The position numbers and the translations under genes were made by a program. A DNA stretch of 64,000 bases from Turneriella sp. (GTDB lineage Bacteria > Spirochaetota > Leptospiria > Turneriellales > Turneriellaceae). The first letter of the stretch is position 1. Every line of letters starts with the position of its first letter. Below are positions 19,365 through 28,374 of this stretch, piece after piece. The notes under the pieces were generated by a model. That model ran no database searches, was not told where the DNA came from, and was given only the letters and a program-made list of their open reading frames with translations. Location of the stretch: the NCBI GenBank assembly GCA_965279515.1, contig CBDIID010000003.1, positions 4,480,001 through 4,544,000 on the forward strand, given 5' to 3'.

Positions 19365-20315
19365 CTAACTTACCGGCCGGCGGAATTCATAGAGCCGGAA
19401 ACAGAAGGCCTTGTTGATAATTGTCACCGGGTCGAGACCAGCCTTCTTATAATGGTTGTAGAGTTTGGTGCGCGTCTTGAAGAGCGCGTCTGCGACATCT
19501 TTGTTCTTTTTCAGATTTTCAAAGAACCAGACGACGGTCAGCGTCGAGGAATCCCCCGCATCATTACTTGTGATGGGCGCCAGCATGAATGTAGCATTCT
19601 TCTCATTATGAAAGGTTTCGATAAAATCCCAATTTGCGCCTTGTTGGCACGAATCAAGGTAGGCGAGGGCGACGTCGATATTCTCCATAGTATCGGAATC
19701 GAGTTCTTCGTCATTGATGGCGATGCTGCCCGAGTTAGATGCGTCGAGGCCGCCATGCCCGCTGATCGCGAGAATATTGTACGAGTCCTCGCGGCCGATT
19801 TCAGCGAGTGAGCTGTTTTCGACCGGCTCCCACACCGCGCCCGGGAAAAGTGTGCTGGCCTTTTTAAAACCATCTTCGGGGTCCGTCGAAGCATCGGCGA
19901 CGAAGTAACCGCCCTTAGGTGTCAGCGCAGGATTTTTCGAGCGGTAGCCGAACGCGGAGTAGGTGATCTTATGCGAGAGGTATAGGGCTTTGCCATTTGC
20001 TTCGAGCAGGTCAAATGCACAGCGCACGAGTGCCTTATCGATAATAAAGTTAATCGTATCGGTTTTTTTGATGAGTGCGGCCGCCGGTTCGAGCAGCGCC
20101 TTGCTGAGTTCAGCCACGGCAGCGTTTAGCTGTTTCGCCTGTTTTGTATTCTTATTCTCGATGATTGTGTAGATGGTGTCGAATTGTTTCAGCACAGTTG
20201 TTTTTTTGCCCGTGAGTACAATCGTCTTCTTTTCGCTGCCGATAACATAGTCGGCCTTGATATTCATACCGCTGACCGAAAAAGTTACAAAAAGTATCGC
20301 TGATCCCATATCCAT
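19365..20315 (-). CDS. Standalone CHAT (caspase-like) domain protein
   Basis: ILAISGHG and LAYLDSCQQG His/Cys dyad; C-terminal FFENLKK...ADALFKTR and FRLY. Confidence 0.6.
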   Translation of the reverse strand: MDMGSAILFVTFSVSGMNIKADYVIGSEKKTIVLTGKKTTVLKQFDTIYTIIENKNTKQAKQLNAAVAELSKALLEPAAALIKKTDTINFIIDKALVRCAFDLLEANGKALYLSHKITYSAFGYRSKNPALTPKGGYFVADASTDPEDGFKKASTLFPGAVWEPVENSSLAEIGREDSYNILAISGHGGLDASNSGSIAINDEELDSDTMENIDVALAYLDSCQQGANWDFIETFHNEKNATFMLAPITSNDAGDSSTLTVVWFFENLKKNKDVADALFKTRTKLYNHYKKAGLDPVTIINKAFCFRLYEFRRPVS

Positions 20316-20318
20316 CTC

Positions 20319-21224
20319 CTAAAAGCCGAACAGGCCCCGTGATAAAGCTTCGAGTTTGCGTGCCCGGTCGTTGTCGTCGAAGCGCACCGCGAGCGCGGTG
20401 AGATTGGCGAGGCTTCGCCGCGCCATGATTTCAAAGGGCGCCGGGTCCAGGAGCCGCGACGAATAACCTGAGAGATTTGCCGCGATCAGCATTTCGAGAT
20501 TCTCGCGCGTGACGAGCGTGCCTTTGTCGAAGACGTCGATGAAGATTTCGAGATCGTTATAGAGCCATTTGAGCAGAAAGCGTCCCGGCGTATTGACGCC
20601 ATACAGGGGAAATCCCAATCGTTGCCCGACGATCAGGTAGAGCACCGCCAGCGAAAGCGGAATACCCGGGACCCGCTCGCACAATACCAGCTGCGCCGAG
20701 TGGGATTCCACGCGGTTGATGGCGCCTTCTTCGCCGCTAAGCCCGGTTTTTTCGAAGAGCGTCGTATTCATAGCGCCGAGAATTTCGCGCACGAGTTCGA
20801 GATCACCGAGCCGCCCTTTGACACGCCGCGGTGTGAGCTGCCGTGTTTCGAGGGCGTCGCGCAGATCGACTTCGAGCATGTCGAGTGCCGCGCAGTATTC
20901 ATCCCAGAGATTAAAGGCATTCGAAAAAAGACCGGTGAGGTATGAGGTGCGTTCGAGCGCATAGACGTCTGTGCTCGAACGGGGCAGCACCTGCTGCATC
21001 TGCGCGCGCACATAGGCGACGGTATAGTCGAGTTCGATGCCGCGCAGCTTGTGGCGCAGCGCGAAATCAGAAATGGAATCGATATGCCTGAAAATCTCGG
21101 CCCACTGGATTTCGGTGGCGACGAGTTGCTGAAAAGCCTGGGAATCTTCGGGGTTTTTCTCGGCCTTCAGGTCATTGCCGATCTGCGCCAAAAGGGCAAG
21201 AATGTTATGCGCGCGCAGCGGCAT
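20319..21224 (-). CDS. SirB1-like transglutaminase-core protein
   Basis: GIPLSLAVLYLIVGQRLGFPLYGVNTPGRFLL, IFIDVFDKG, RRSLANL. Confidence 0.8.
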   Translation of the reverse strand: MPLRAHNILALLAQIGNDLKAEKNPEDSQAFQQLVATEIQWAEIFRHIDSISDFALRHKLRGIELDYTVAYVRAQMQQVLPRSSTDVYALERTSYLTGLFSNAFNLWDEYCAALDMLEVDLRDALETRQLTPRRVKGRLGDLELVREILGAMNTTLFEKTGLSGEEGAINRVESHSAQLVLCERVPGIPLSLAVLYLIVGQRLGFPLYGVNTPGRFLLKWLYNDLEIFIDVFDKGTLVTRENLEMLIAANLSGYSSRLLDPAPFEIMARRSLANLTALAVRFDDNDRARKLEALSRGLFGF

Positions 21225-21226
21225 AG

Positions 21227-21553
21227 TTAACGGTCACGGCGCCCGGTGAATATCTGATCCATACCTTTCAGTGCACTCTCAATGACACCGACGGTCATCT
21301 CAGGCCCGAGTTTTGGCGATTCTTTGAGTGCCTTCAGAAAACCTTGTTTCACTTTCTCTTCAAAGCGCGGCAGCAGGCGATCACCGGCTTCTTCGACCTT
21401 GATTGAAATGCGGTCGGGTAAATTGTCGATGGGTTTTTCGATTTTGTCATAATAGAGCTTCAGCGCGAGAAAATATACCAGGCCCCCGGTTAACAGCGAC
21501 GACAGTACGGCCGTGGGTATGATCACGTACCAGATGATTTCAGGGAACTGCAT
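21227..21553 (-). CDS. Small single-TM hypothetical protein
   Basis: N-terminal hydrophobic helix; 2 bp upstream of the SirB1-like gene. Confidence 0.65.
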   Translation of the reverse strand: MQFPEIIWYVIIPTAVLSSLLTGGLVYFLALKLYYDKIEKPIDNLPDRISIKVEEAGDRLLPRFEEKVKQGFLKALKESPKLGPEMTVGVIESALKGMDQIFTGRRDR

Positions 21554-21596
21554 GCGCGCTGCATAGCGGATTTATTCAGGTGGAAAAGACATTTTT
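21550..21596. repeat. 47-bp direct repeat, copy 1
   Basis: GCATGCGCGCTGCATAGCGGATTTATTCAGGTGGAAAAGACATTTTT; one mismatch to 25256-25302. Confidence 0.95.
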
Positions 21597-21649
21597 CTCC
21601 CCGGCCGGTTTTTTGCTACCCGCTCGGGGGTGGCCTCAAAATCTGCGTT

Positions 21650-23428
21650 ATGCGATGCTGGTTGTTGCTTGCTCTCTTTACTTCTGCTCTCAGCGCGGCG
21701 GAGCACCCGCTCGACAAGGTCTATAGCCGCCAGGTTGCCAGGGTTCAGCGCGCCGACGATCTGCGGCTCTTTCGCCGGCTCTCGCTGCAACTGCGAGGTA
21801 CAATACCCGCCCCCGATGAAACTGTCGCCTTTCTCGCCGACAAGCGCAAAGATAAGCTCAAAATTTACGCGGCCGATTTTCTGCGCTCAGCAGAATTTGC
21901 GGAGTACTGGGGTGCCTGGCTCGGCGCACTGTTTCGCGAGCGCACCAAAGAACGTGATCATGTCTATGGCGCGTTCAACGCCTATCTTGCCGATGCCCTG
22001 AACCGCAATAAAACCTATGCGCAGATCGTGACTGAAATGCTGACGGCGACGGGAAATCAGAAAGAAAATCCCGCGGCATCCTTTTACCTGCGTGATATGG
22101 CCGACCCGGTACAGGTCGCCGAGTATGCGGGCCGGTTGTTTTATGGCCAGAAGGTTACCTGCGCGCGCTGCCATAACCATCCCTACGATGCAGCGTTCAC
22201 GCAGAAACGCTATTATGCTTTTGCGGCATTTTTCGCACAAACCCATGCGGTGGGCCGCATCGACTTTCCGGTTGCCGAAGTTGGCGCGGTGGTGCCGCCG
22301 CAAAATATCTGGGACCGTTTTTCAGCGGCCGACCGTGTGCTGACGCAAAAACTTGTGCAGAAGTGGCGTAAAGAGCACCAGCAGAAGCTTTCTGCAGAAG
22401 AGAAAAAGACGGTCCGCGAAAAAAACAAACTCGAATTCATGCGCCTGGAATACGAACCCCGGTTTGGTGTGCACATGCCCGCCGATGCCGGCGAGGGCGA
22501 TGCGCTTATCGAGCCCGTGTTCCTCGATGGGTCTGCACCGAAGATAAAGCCGGGGGATGACCGCCGCAGGGCGCTCGCGGCCTGGCTTACCTCTGAGAAG
22601 AATCCGCGTTTTCGCCGTGTGCTCATCAACCGCATTTGGGCGCGCCTTTCGGGGCAGAAGTTTTTTTACCCGTTCGATGACTGGCGCGCCGATACGAAGC
22701 TAACGCGCGAGCCGCTGCTTGCGCATCTGGATCAGCAATTTCTCAGGCAAAAGACCGATATCAAAGCCTTGATTCTGCACATGGTGAGCTCCGACGCGTG
22801 GGCGCGCGAGAGCGCCCCTTCGGCGACTGCCGATGAAAGTAAATATTTTATTCCCGCCCGGTTAGATTCAGACCAGCTCTTTAACGCCTTACTGACTGCG
22901 ACGCGTGTGAGTACGGTGAAAAATATCGGCGAACGTGGGGTTCAGATCGGTGAGCTGCGTGCGGATTTTGCAAATCTCAGCGGAAATAAGCCGCCCCGTG
23001 TCCCGGTTGAAAAGAAGCGCGAATACGCGGCGGCCTGCGAGGTCGAGCGGCCTGCGCCGCGCAACAGTTTTCTCGCGGTGTTCGGCGCGGGTGACCGCAC
23101 CGATATCGAAGACGACGAGGCGGCGCCGACGCTCGAGCAGGTACTGGTGCTTTTGAACGGCCAGGTGACGCGTCAGCTTGTGCGCGAGAGTGCAAAAGAT
23201 GGTTCGTATTTCGAAAAGCAGTACAATGAAACTAAGGGTAACCGGTCGGTCGCCGAAGCCGCCTTTCTCGCGGTCCTGAACCGCCCGCTTGCCGACGACG
23301 AATGGCAAAAAATACGCGATCTGACCGAACCCAAATACCTGAAGGGCAAAAAGAAATATTCGAAAGATTTTACCGCCGATCTTGTGTGGAGCCTCATCAA
23401 CAGCCAGGAGTTCATCCATGTTCGCTGA
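21650..23428 (+). CDS. DUF1549/DUF1553 (PSCyt2/PSD1) planctomycete cytochrome-like protein
   Basis: Signal peptide, RRLSLQLRGTIP, CARCHNHP, INRIWARL, DLVWSLINSQEF. Confidence 0.85.
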   Translation: MRCWLLLALFTSALSAAEHPLDKVYSRQVARVQRADDLRLFRRLSLQLRGTIPAPDETVAFLADKRKDKLKIYAADFLRSAEFAEYWGAWLGALFRERTKERDHVYGAFNAYLADALNRNKTYAQIVTEMLTATGNQKENPAASFYLRDMADPVQVAEYAGRLFYGQKVTCARCHNHPYDAAFTQKRYYAFAAFFAQTHAVGRIDFPVAEVGAVVPPQNIWDRFSAADRVLTQKLVQKWRKEHQQKLSAEEKKTVREKNKLEFMRLEYEPRFGVHMPADAGEGDALIEPVFLDGSAPKIKPGDDRRRALAAWLTSEKNPRFRRVLINRIWARLSGQKFFYPFDDWRADTKLTREPLLAHLDQQFLRQKTDIKALILHMVSSDAWARESAPSATADESKYFIPARLDSDQLFNALLTATRVSTVKNIGERGVQIGELRADFANLSGNKPPRVPVEKKREYAAACEVERPAPRNSFLAVFGAGDRTDIEDDEAAPTLEQVLVLLNGQVTRQLVRESAKDGSYFEKQYNETKGNRSVAEAAFLAVLNRPLADDEWQKIRDLTEPKYLKGKKKYSKDFTADLVWSLINSQEFIHVR

Positions 23429-24704
23429 TAAAACGCAGTCACGCCGCGAGTTTCTGGGTTCGGCGGCGAAAGCGCTGTCTGCGTTTTTTATGCTGCCCGC
23501 TGCAGCGGCGCTCCGGGCCGAAGAAGATCCGTATGATAGCATCACGCTGCCTTCGCCCGTCAAGAGCGTGATTTTTCTGAACATGGTCGGCGGCATGAGC
23601 CACGTCGATACCTTTGATCACAAACCTGATTCCGCCTTCGCCGCAGTCGACACTTCCATTAAGGGACTCCGTATAGCCGAGACTTTTAAACAAACGGCGC
23701 AGGCGCTTTCTGCCGTGAGTCTTGTGCGTACGCTGCGTTCCGAAGACGGCGCGCATGAATTCGGCCAGCATCTGGTTGCAACCGGCTACCGTTTTACCGA
23801 ATCGCAGGGTTTTCCCGATATTCCCTCGCTCGGCAGTGTCATCGCCTATGCCCGCACGCGGCGCAGCACCGGCGCGTACTTTCCCGCCAGCATTGTCCTC
23901 AACGATCGGGGTAGTGGCGGCGACGGGGGATTTCTCGGTGTCAAGTATGCCGGGTTCCATGTCTCAAATCCACAGAAGGCATTGCAGAACCTGCTCGGTG
24001 ACAACAATATGCCGGTCGAGCGGCTGACGCGGCGCGAGAAGTTGCTGGAGATTCTCAACGAGAGTTTCTTTGCGCGTAACCCCGCAGCATCGTATATCGC
24101 CTGGAAACAGATGTTCGAATCCGCGCTGTCTTTCATGAACTCCGATAAGCTATCGGTTTTTGATCTCGCGCTGATGAACCCGGCCCTGCGCGCGCGTTTC
24201 GGCGAATCGCGCATCGGCTCGTCGCTGGCTCTTGCCTACCGCCTCGCCGAAAAAGAAACGCCTTTCATTCAGGTGAATGTCGGTGGCTGGGATACGCACA
24301 GTAACAATAAGAACAAAATCGCCGATATCTGCCGCGATCTCGACCCGGCACTCGCCACGCTTTTAAGTGAACTCAAGTCGAGCGGGTTGATGTCGCAGAC
24401 GCTGTTTGTACTGGTCTCTGAATTCGGCCGCACGCCCGAAGCCGGCGGCAAAGACGGCCGCGACCATTATCCTAAAATTTTCACCGGGCTGATCGGCGGC
24501 GGCCCAATTACGGGCGGCATGGTATTGGGAGAGACCGATGCGAAGGGGCAAAAAGCTGTGAAAGACAGCTGGCATCTGAAGCAGTTTCTGTCGACCGTGC
24601 ACCGTGCGGCAGGCATCGACCCCGAGGCGCAGCTGATGACGCCTTCAGGCCGGCCGTTTCCGCTCAGCCCGCGCGAGACCAGGCTGATTACTGAACTGCT
24701 GTAA
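23418..24704 (+). CDS. DUF1501-family Tat-exported protein
   Basis: SRREFLG Tat motif, GGMSHVDTFD, GGWDTH, SEFGRTP, GRDH. Confidence 0.9.
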   Translation: MFADKTQSRREFLGSAAKALSAFFMLPAAAALRAEEDPYDSITLPSPVKSVIFLNMVGGMSHVDTFDHKPDSAFAAVDTSIKGLRIAETFKQTAQALSAVSLVRTLRSEDGAHEFGQHLVATGYRFTESQGFPDIPSLGSVIAYARTRRSTGAYFPASIVLNDRGSGGDGGFLGVKYAGFHVSNPQKALQNLLGDNNMPVERLTRREKLLEILNESFFARNPAASYIAWKQMFESALSFMNSDKLSVFDLALMNPALRARFGESRIGSSLALAYRLAEKETPFIQVNVGGWDTHSNNKNKIADICRDLDPALATLLSELKSSGLMSQTLFVLVSEFGRTPEAGGKDGRDHYPKIFTGLIGGGPITGGMVLGETDAKGQKAVKDSWHLKQFLSTVHRAAGIDPEAQLMTPSGRPFPLSPRETRLITELL

Positions 24705-24707
24705 AGC

Positions 24708-25259
24708 TCAGCGCGCCAGCTGCATGCGAAAGCTGACTTCGACGTCGTCTTTCATAATGATGTTCGCGATGTGGTTACCGGTCAGAGCAAAATCCTTGCG
24801 GTTGATCACGAAGCTGCCGCTGGCACGCAGGTTGTTTTTATCCACTGCCTGTATTTTTAGCGGTATTTTGTAATCCCGGGTTTTGTCTTTAATCTGCAAC
24901 GTGATGTCGGTTTCGTAGTCGCCCCCGGTTGTCGCTCGCACCGCACGAATACGGATAACTGCCTGCGGGTATTTGGCGCTATGAAAAAAATCGCTGGCAC
25001 GCAGGTGGTCGTCGCGTTTGCGGTCGCGCGTGAACACAGAGGCGGTGTTGATGATGAGCTCGCCGCGCGCCGACGTGAAACCTTTTTTCTCGTCATAAGA
25101 GAATTTGCCGAACTTGAAATCCCGAAAATAACCCCGCACATTGGTGATCTTCGCTGGCACATAAAAGCTGATCTCACTGCTTTCGGTTTTGATCGCGAAA
25201 TCCTTTGCAGAAAGCGTGGTTACGAGAAGAAATATCACCCCCAGGGGTAGTTGGCGCAT
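24708..25259 (-). CDS. YceI-family periplasmic lipid/polyisoprenoid-binding protein
   Basis: KRDDHLRASDFF..KYP, INRKDF; signal peptide. Confidence 0.92.
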   Translation of the reverse strand: MRQLPLGVIFLLVTTLSAKDFAIKTESSEISFYVPAKITNVRGYFRDFKFGKFSYDEKKGFTSARGELIINTASVFTRDRKRDDHLRASDFFHSAKYPQAVIRIRAVRATTGGDYETDITLQIKDKTRDYKIPLKIQAVDKNNLRASGSFVINRKDFALTGNHIANIIMKDDVEVSFRMQLAR

Positions 25260-25302
25260 GCGCGCTGCGTAGCGGATTTATTCAGGTGGAAAAGACATTT
25301 TT
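25256..25302. repeat. 47-bp direct repeat, copy 2
   Basis: GCATGCGCGCTGCGTAGCGGATTTATTCAGGTGGAAAAGACATTTTT. Confidence 0.95.
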
Positions 25303-25413
25303 AGAAATGCAGCGGCAAGACCGCGATGCGTAATTTTATTGGCGTGATTTGGGTCCTGTAGATAAAAATGCAAAAATTATTGACGCCCTAAAAAGGGCTA
25401 TTTAAGGAAGGTT

Positions 25414-26025
25414 ATGAAATATTTAATGTCTATCGCGATTTTTACTATGCTGACAGCGGGCTGCGTTGTGAAAAAGGATTCTGCGGCCTCCGCGGCCGTT
25501 TCTGCCGAGATCGCCACGCAACTGGCGAAAGGGTTTTCAAACCCAGGCGGGGCTAATAGTAGCATGTCCGGCACTTCCGCATCACTAACAGCGACATGTA
25601 CACCTATCACAAATGGTGTCCGCTGCTCCTCGTCAGACGGATTTGAAATGGAAAGGCTTCTCGTTGGTAGTACGATTTCAGGGTATCAGAAGATGACGAA
25701 TGTAACAGTGACTGTCGGCGGGAAAGCATACACAGTAAATGGCCGTATTGATATGACAGGTACGACGACGACAGGAACAACTAGCTATAACACCACGACG
25801 GGCCAAATTAACAGTAGTTCGAGTACTAATCAAATATTCAATGGCACCCTGAAGATTACAGGTCCTGATAATTTTGATGTAGAATACCGGGCATATTCAG
25901 TAAGTGTAGGTTTCACAATTTCGGGCACCATTACGAGCCTCAGTTACAATTTCACGTTTACCTGTGGTGGAAAACTGCTCGTCGATACGATCGAATTCCC
26001 CGTCAAAAGCGACTGCTCAATCTGA
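25414..26025 (+). CDS. Thr/Ser-rich lipoprotein
   Basis: Lipobox LTAGC; SD AGGAAGG; AT-richer codon use. Confidence 0.75.
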   Translation: MKYLMSIAIFTMLTAGCVVKKDSAASAAVSAEIATQLAKGFSNPGGANSSMSGTSASLTATCTPITNGVRCSSSDGFEMERLLVGSTISGYQKMTNVTVTVGGKAYTVNGRIDMTGTTTTGTTSYNTTTGQINSSSSTNQIFNGTLKITGPDNFDVEYRAYSVSVGFTISGTITSLSYNFTFTCGGKLLVDTIEFPVKSDCSI

Positions 26026-26054
26026 GCAGCGCTCTAATTCCTCAGGGCTGAATT

Positions 26055-26672
26055 ATGAAAAAGATTATCCTTATCTTGCTTTGCTCCTGCGTTTTTAGTA
26101 TTTCCGCCTTCGAAATTCCCGGCTACAAAGCTGCCTCAGGGCTGACGGTGAACCTCGGCGGTGGTTTCAATATCGCCGGTAAAAGCGAGATGCGCGCCAA
26201 TGATACGTTACCGAGTTTTACCAATTTCACGGGCAGCCTCAATCTCTGGTTTGGCAGCCTGTTTAAATTCGGCAGCGGCTTTTTTGATCTGAACACACAG
26301 CTCGGCCTCTTTGCCGGCTATGTTCCGGTCATGACCTATAAAGACACGACAACGAGTAAAAGAAGCTCCGATGTCAAATTACCTGTCATTCTCGATGTGC
26401 GTTTTATCAACAGCAAAGGTTTTTTTGCCGGCATCGGTGGTGGCTATGCGCATACGATCATTACCACGATCGATATCACTGAAGCGACTGGCCCAGCAGC
26501 TGTCGTCTCACTGCTGGCCGGCTGGGAAATTTCTTTGCCCTACAATATCCAGGTCGGGCTCACACTACGCGGTATGTATTTTATCCAGCAAATTGAAAGC
26601 TCGAACGGCACGCGCCTGACGAACAACCAGCTGAACATCATGCCGCTGCTCCAGGTCGGCTACCACTTCTAA
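26055..26672 (+). CDS. Putative outer-membrane beta-barrel protein
   Basis: Signal peptide, alternating strands, C-terminal QVGYHF. Confidence 0.65.
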   Translation: MKKIILILLCSCVFSISAFEIPGYKAASGLTVNLGGGFNIAGKSEMRANDTLPSFTNFTGSLNLWFGSLFKFGSGFFDLNTQLGLFAGYVPVMTYKDTTTSKRSSDVKLPVILDVRFINSKGFFAGIGGGYAHTIITTIDITEATGPAAVVSLLAGWEISLPYNIQVGLTLRGMYFIQQIESSNGTRLTNNQLNIMPLLQVGYHF

Positions 26673-26710
26673 CATCTTTACGGCGGGTTCGCCCGCCCGG
26701 TTTTGCGCCG

Positions 26711-27586
26711 GTGGCGCTTGCACAAGTATCCTATGCTCCGCTTACGGAGTGCCTAAGCGCTGAAAAGCGCGCGCAGCTCGACGCCTTCGGCGATCTGCTC
26801 CTTAACGAAGCAATGCCAGCCGGCTTTATCGGCGATTGCAGCCGCGCCGATCTTGACCTGCGTCACATACTCGATTCCATTTTACCGGCTGTTGCGCCTG
26901 AGTCGAAACCCGATTTCCCGCTGAACGGGGCGAAGGCTCTCCAGGTCTTTGATCTCGGCGCGGGGGCGGGCCTGCCATCGCTGCCGCTCGCGATTCTTTT
27001 TCCGCAGCATACCTTTCACCTTTTAGACGCGCAGGAAAAGCGCTGCCGTTTTGCCATCGCCGCGGCAGAAAAGCTGGGATTATCCAACGTGAAGGTCTAC
27101 CACGGCGTTGTGCAGGATTTCGCCGAAAAACACGGTGCCCATCTCAAGGCCGATGTGGTGATCTTCCGCGCCTTCCGCAAAATACTTGCTTCACTGGAGC
27201 TGGCGCTCCACGTGATAGCAGATCAGCAGCGGCCTGCATCCGAAAAATCCGGAGGGCCTCGGAGTTTGCAAGAGCAAACTCCTGCTAAAGCGCCCGAAGC
27301 GGGCTGCCCTCCGGATTTTTCGGAGCCGCTGCGATCTTCGGCGCTTGCAGAGCAAGCGCCGAAAGTGCTTTACTGGCGGTCTCAAAGCGTACCTTTTTCT
27401 GAAGCGGGATTAAAACGCGTGGCAGATTTGGGATACACCATCGATACATTCGTGAAATTCGCGTCGGCTGAGAATATTTTGCCGCGCGGCCTCTATACCT
27501 TTGCCAAGAGAAAATCCGCCATGAAGCCATACCCGCGCTCGTGGAAAAAGATTTCCGCCGACAAGCTGGTGGAGACCGAATCATGA
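26711..27586 (+). CDS. rsmG: 16S rRNA m7G527 methyltransferase carrying an approx. 48-aa internal insertion
   Basis: [28 protein letters not shown]; sits upstream of parA-parB. Confidence 0.9.
   Translation: MALAQVSYAPLTECLSAEKRAQLDAFGDLLLNEAMPAGFIGDCSRADLDLRHILDSILPAVAPESKPDFPLNGAKALQVFDLGAGAGLPSLPLAILFPQHTFHLLDAQEKRCRFAIAAAEKLGLSNVKVYHGVVQDFAEKHGAHLKADVVIFRAFRKILASLELALHVIADQQRPASEKSGGPRSLQEQTPAKAPEAGCPPDFSEPLRSSALAEQAPKVLYWRSQSVPFSEAGLKRVADLGYTIDTFVKFASAENILPRGLYTFAKRKSAMKPYPRSWKKISADKLVETES
27220..27363. mobile_element. Palindromic multi-hairpin element inserted in-frame in rsmG
   Basis: Perfect 19-bp stem TCCGAAAAATCCGGAGGGC/GCCCTCCGGATTTTTCGGA, outer GCAGCGGC/GCCGCTGC, two inner hairpins and a trailing 12-bp hairpin. 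Confidence 0.75.
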
Positions 27587-27602
27587 CAAACCGGGGCTTG
27601 TC

Positions 27603-28373
27603 ATGAAGGTCGTCGCGCTCGCCAACCAGAAGGGCGGCGTCGGCAAGACGACAACGACCATCAATTTAGGCGCCTACCTCGCCGGCGAAGGTCGACGTGT
27701 ACTCATCGTTGACATCGACCCGCAGGGCAATGCCGGCAGCGGCCTGGGGCTTGAAATTGCCGAAGCGAAACATACCATCTACCAGTGGCTCATCGGCCAA
27801 GAAGCGACTGCGCCGATCCAGAAAACCAATCAACCCAATCTCGACATCATACCAGCCAACATCGACCTCTCGGGTTTTGAGATCGATGTGCGCGACGATG
27901 CGAACCGCGATTTTGTACTGAAGACCCGGCTCAAAACTCTCAGCGCAGATTACGATTTTGTCTTGATTGATTGCCCGCCGAGCCTCGGCATACTGACCAT
28001 CAACGCGCTGACAGCCGCTGATTCGGTGTTGATCCCACTACAATGCGAATATTTTGCCTTAGAGGGATTAACCCAGCTGCTGCGCATCATCAACCTCGTG
28101 CGCACGAAACTCAATACTGCGCTGACGATTGAAGGCGTGCTGCTGACCATGTTCGACGCACGTACGCGCCTTGCTTCGCAGGTCGTGCAAGATGTGCGCG
28201 AACACTTTAAAAAACAGGTCTATGACGTCATTATCCCACGCAACGTAAAACTTTCCGAAGCGCCGTCATTCGGCCAGCCGATCAGCGTGTATGATCCCCA
28301 ATCGACAGGGGCAATTGCTTACAAGACGCTGGCAAAAGATTTACTGACACGCCAGGGTGGGGCCGCAGCCTGA
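27603..28373 (+). CDS. parA: Chromosome partitioning ATPase ParA/Soj
   Basis: [51 protein letters not shown]. Confidence 0.97.
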   Translation: MKVVALANQKGGVGKTTTTINLGAYLAGEGRRVLIVDIDPQGNAGSGLGLEIAEAKHTIYQWLIGQEATAPIQKTNQPNLDIIPANIDLSGFEIDVRDDANRDFVLKTRLKTLSADYDFVLIDCPPSLGILTINALTAADSVLIPLQCEYFALEGLTQLLRIINLVRTKLNTALTIEGVLLTMFDARTRLASQVVQDVREHFKKQVYDVIIPRNVKLSEAPSFGQPISVYDPQSTGAIAYKTLAKDLLTRQGGAAA

Positions 28374-28374
28374 T

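Noticed and set aside
21550..25302. CRISPR array or IS element
   Set aside because: Only two repeat copies 3.7 kb apart; no spacers, cas genes, transposase or terminal inverted repeats
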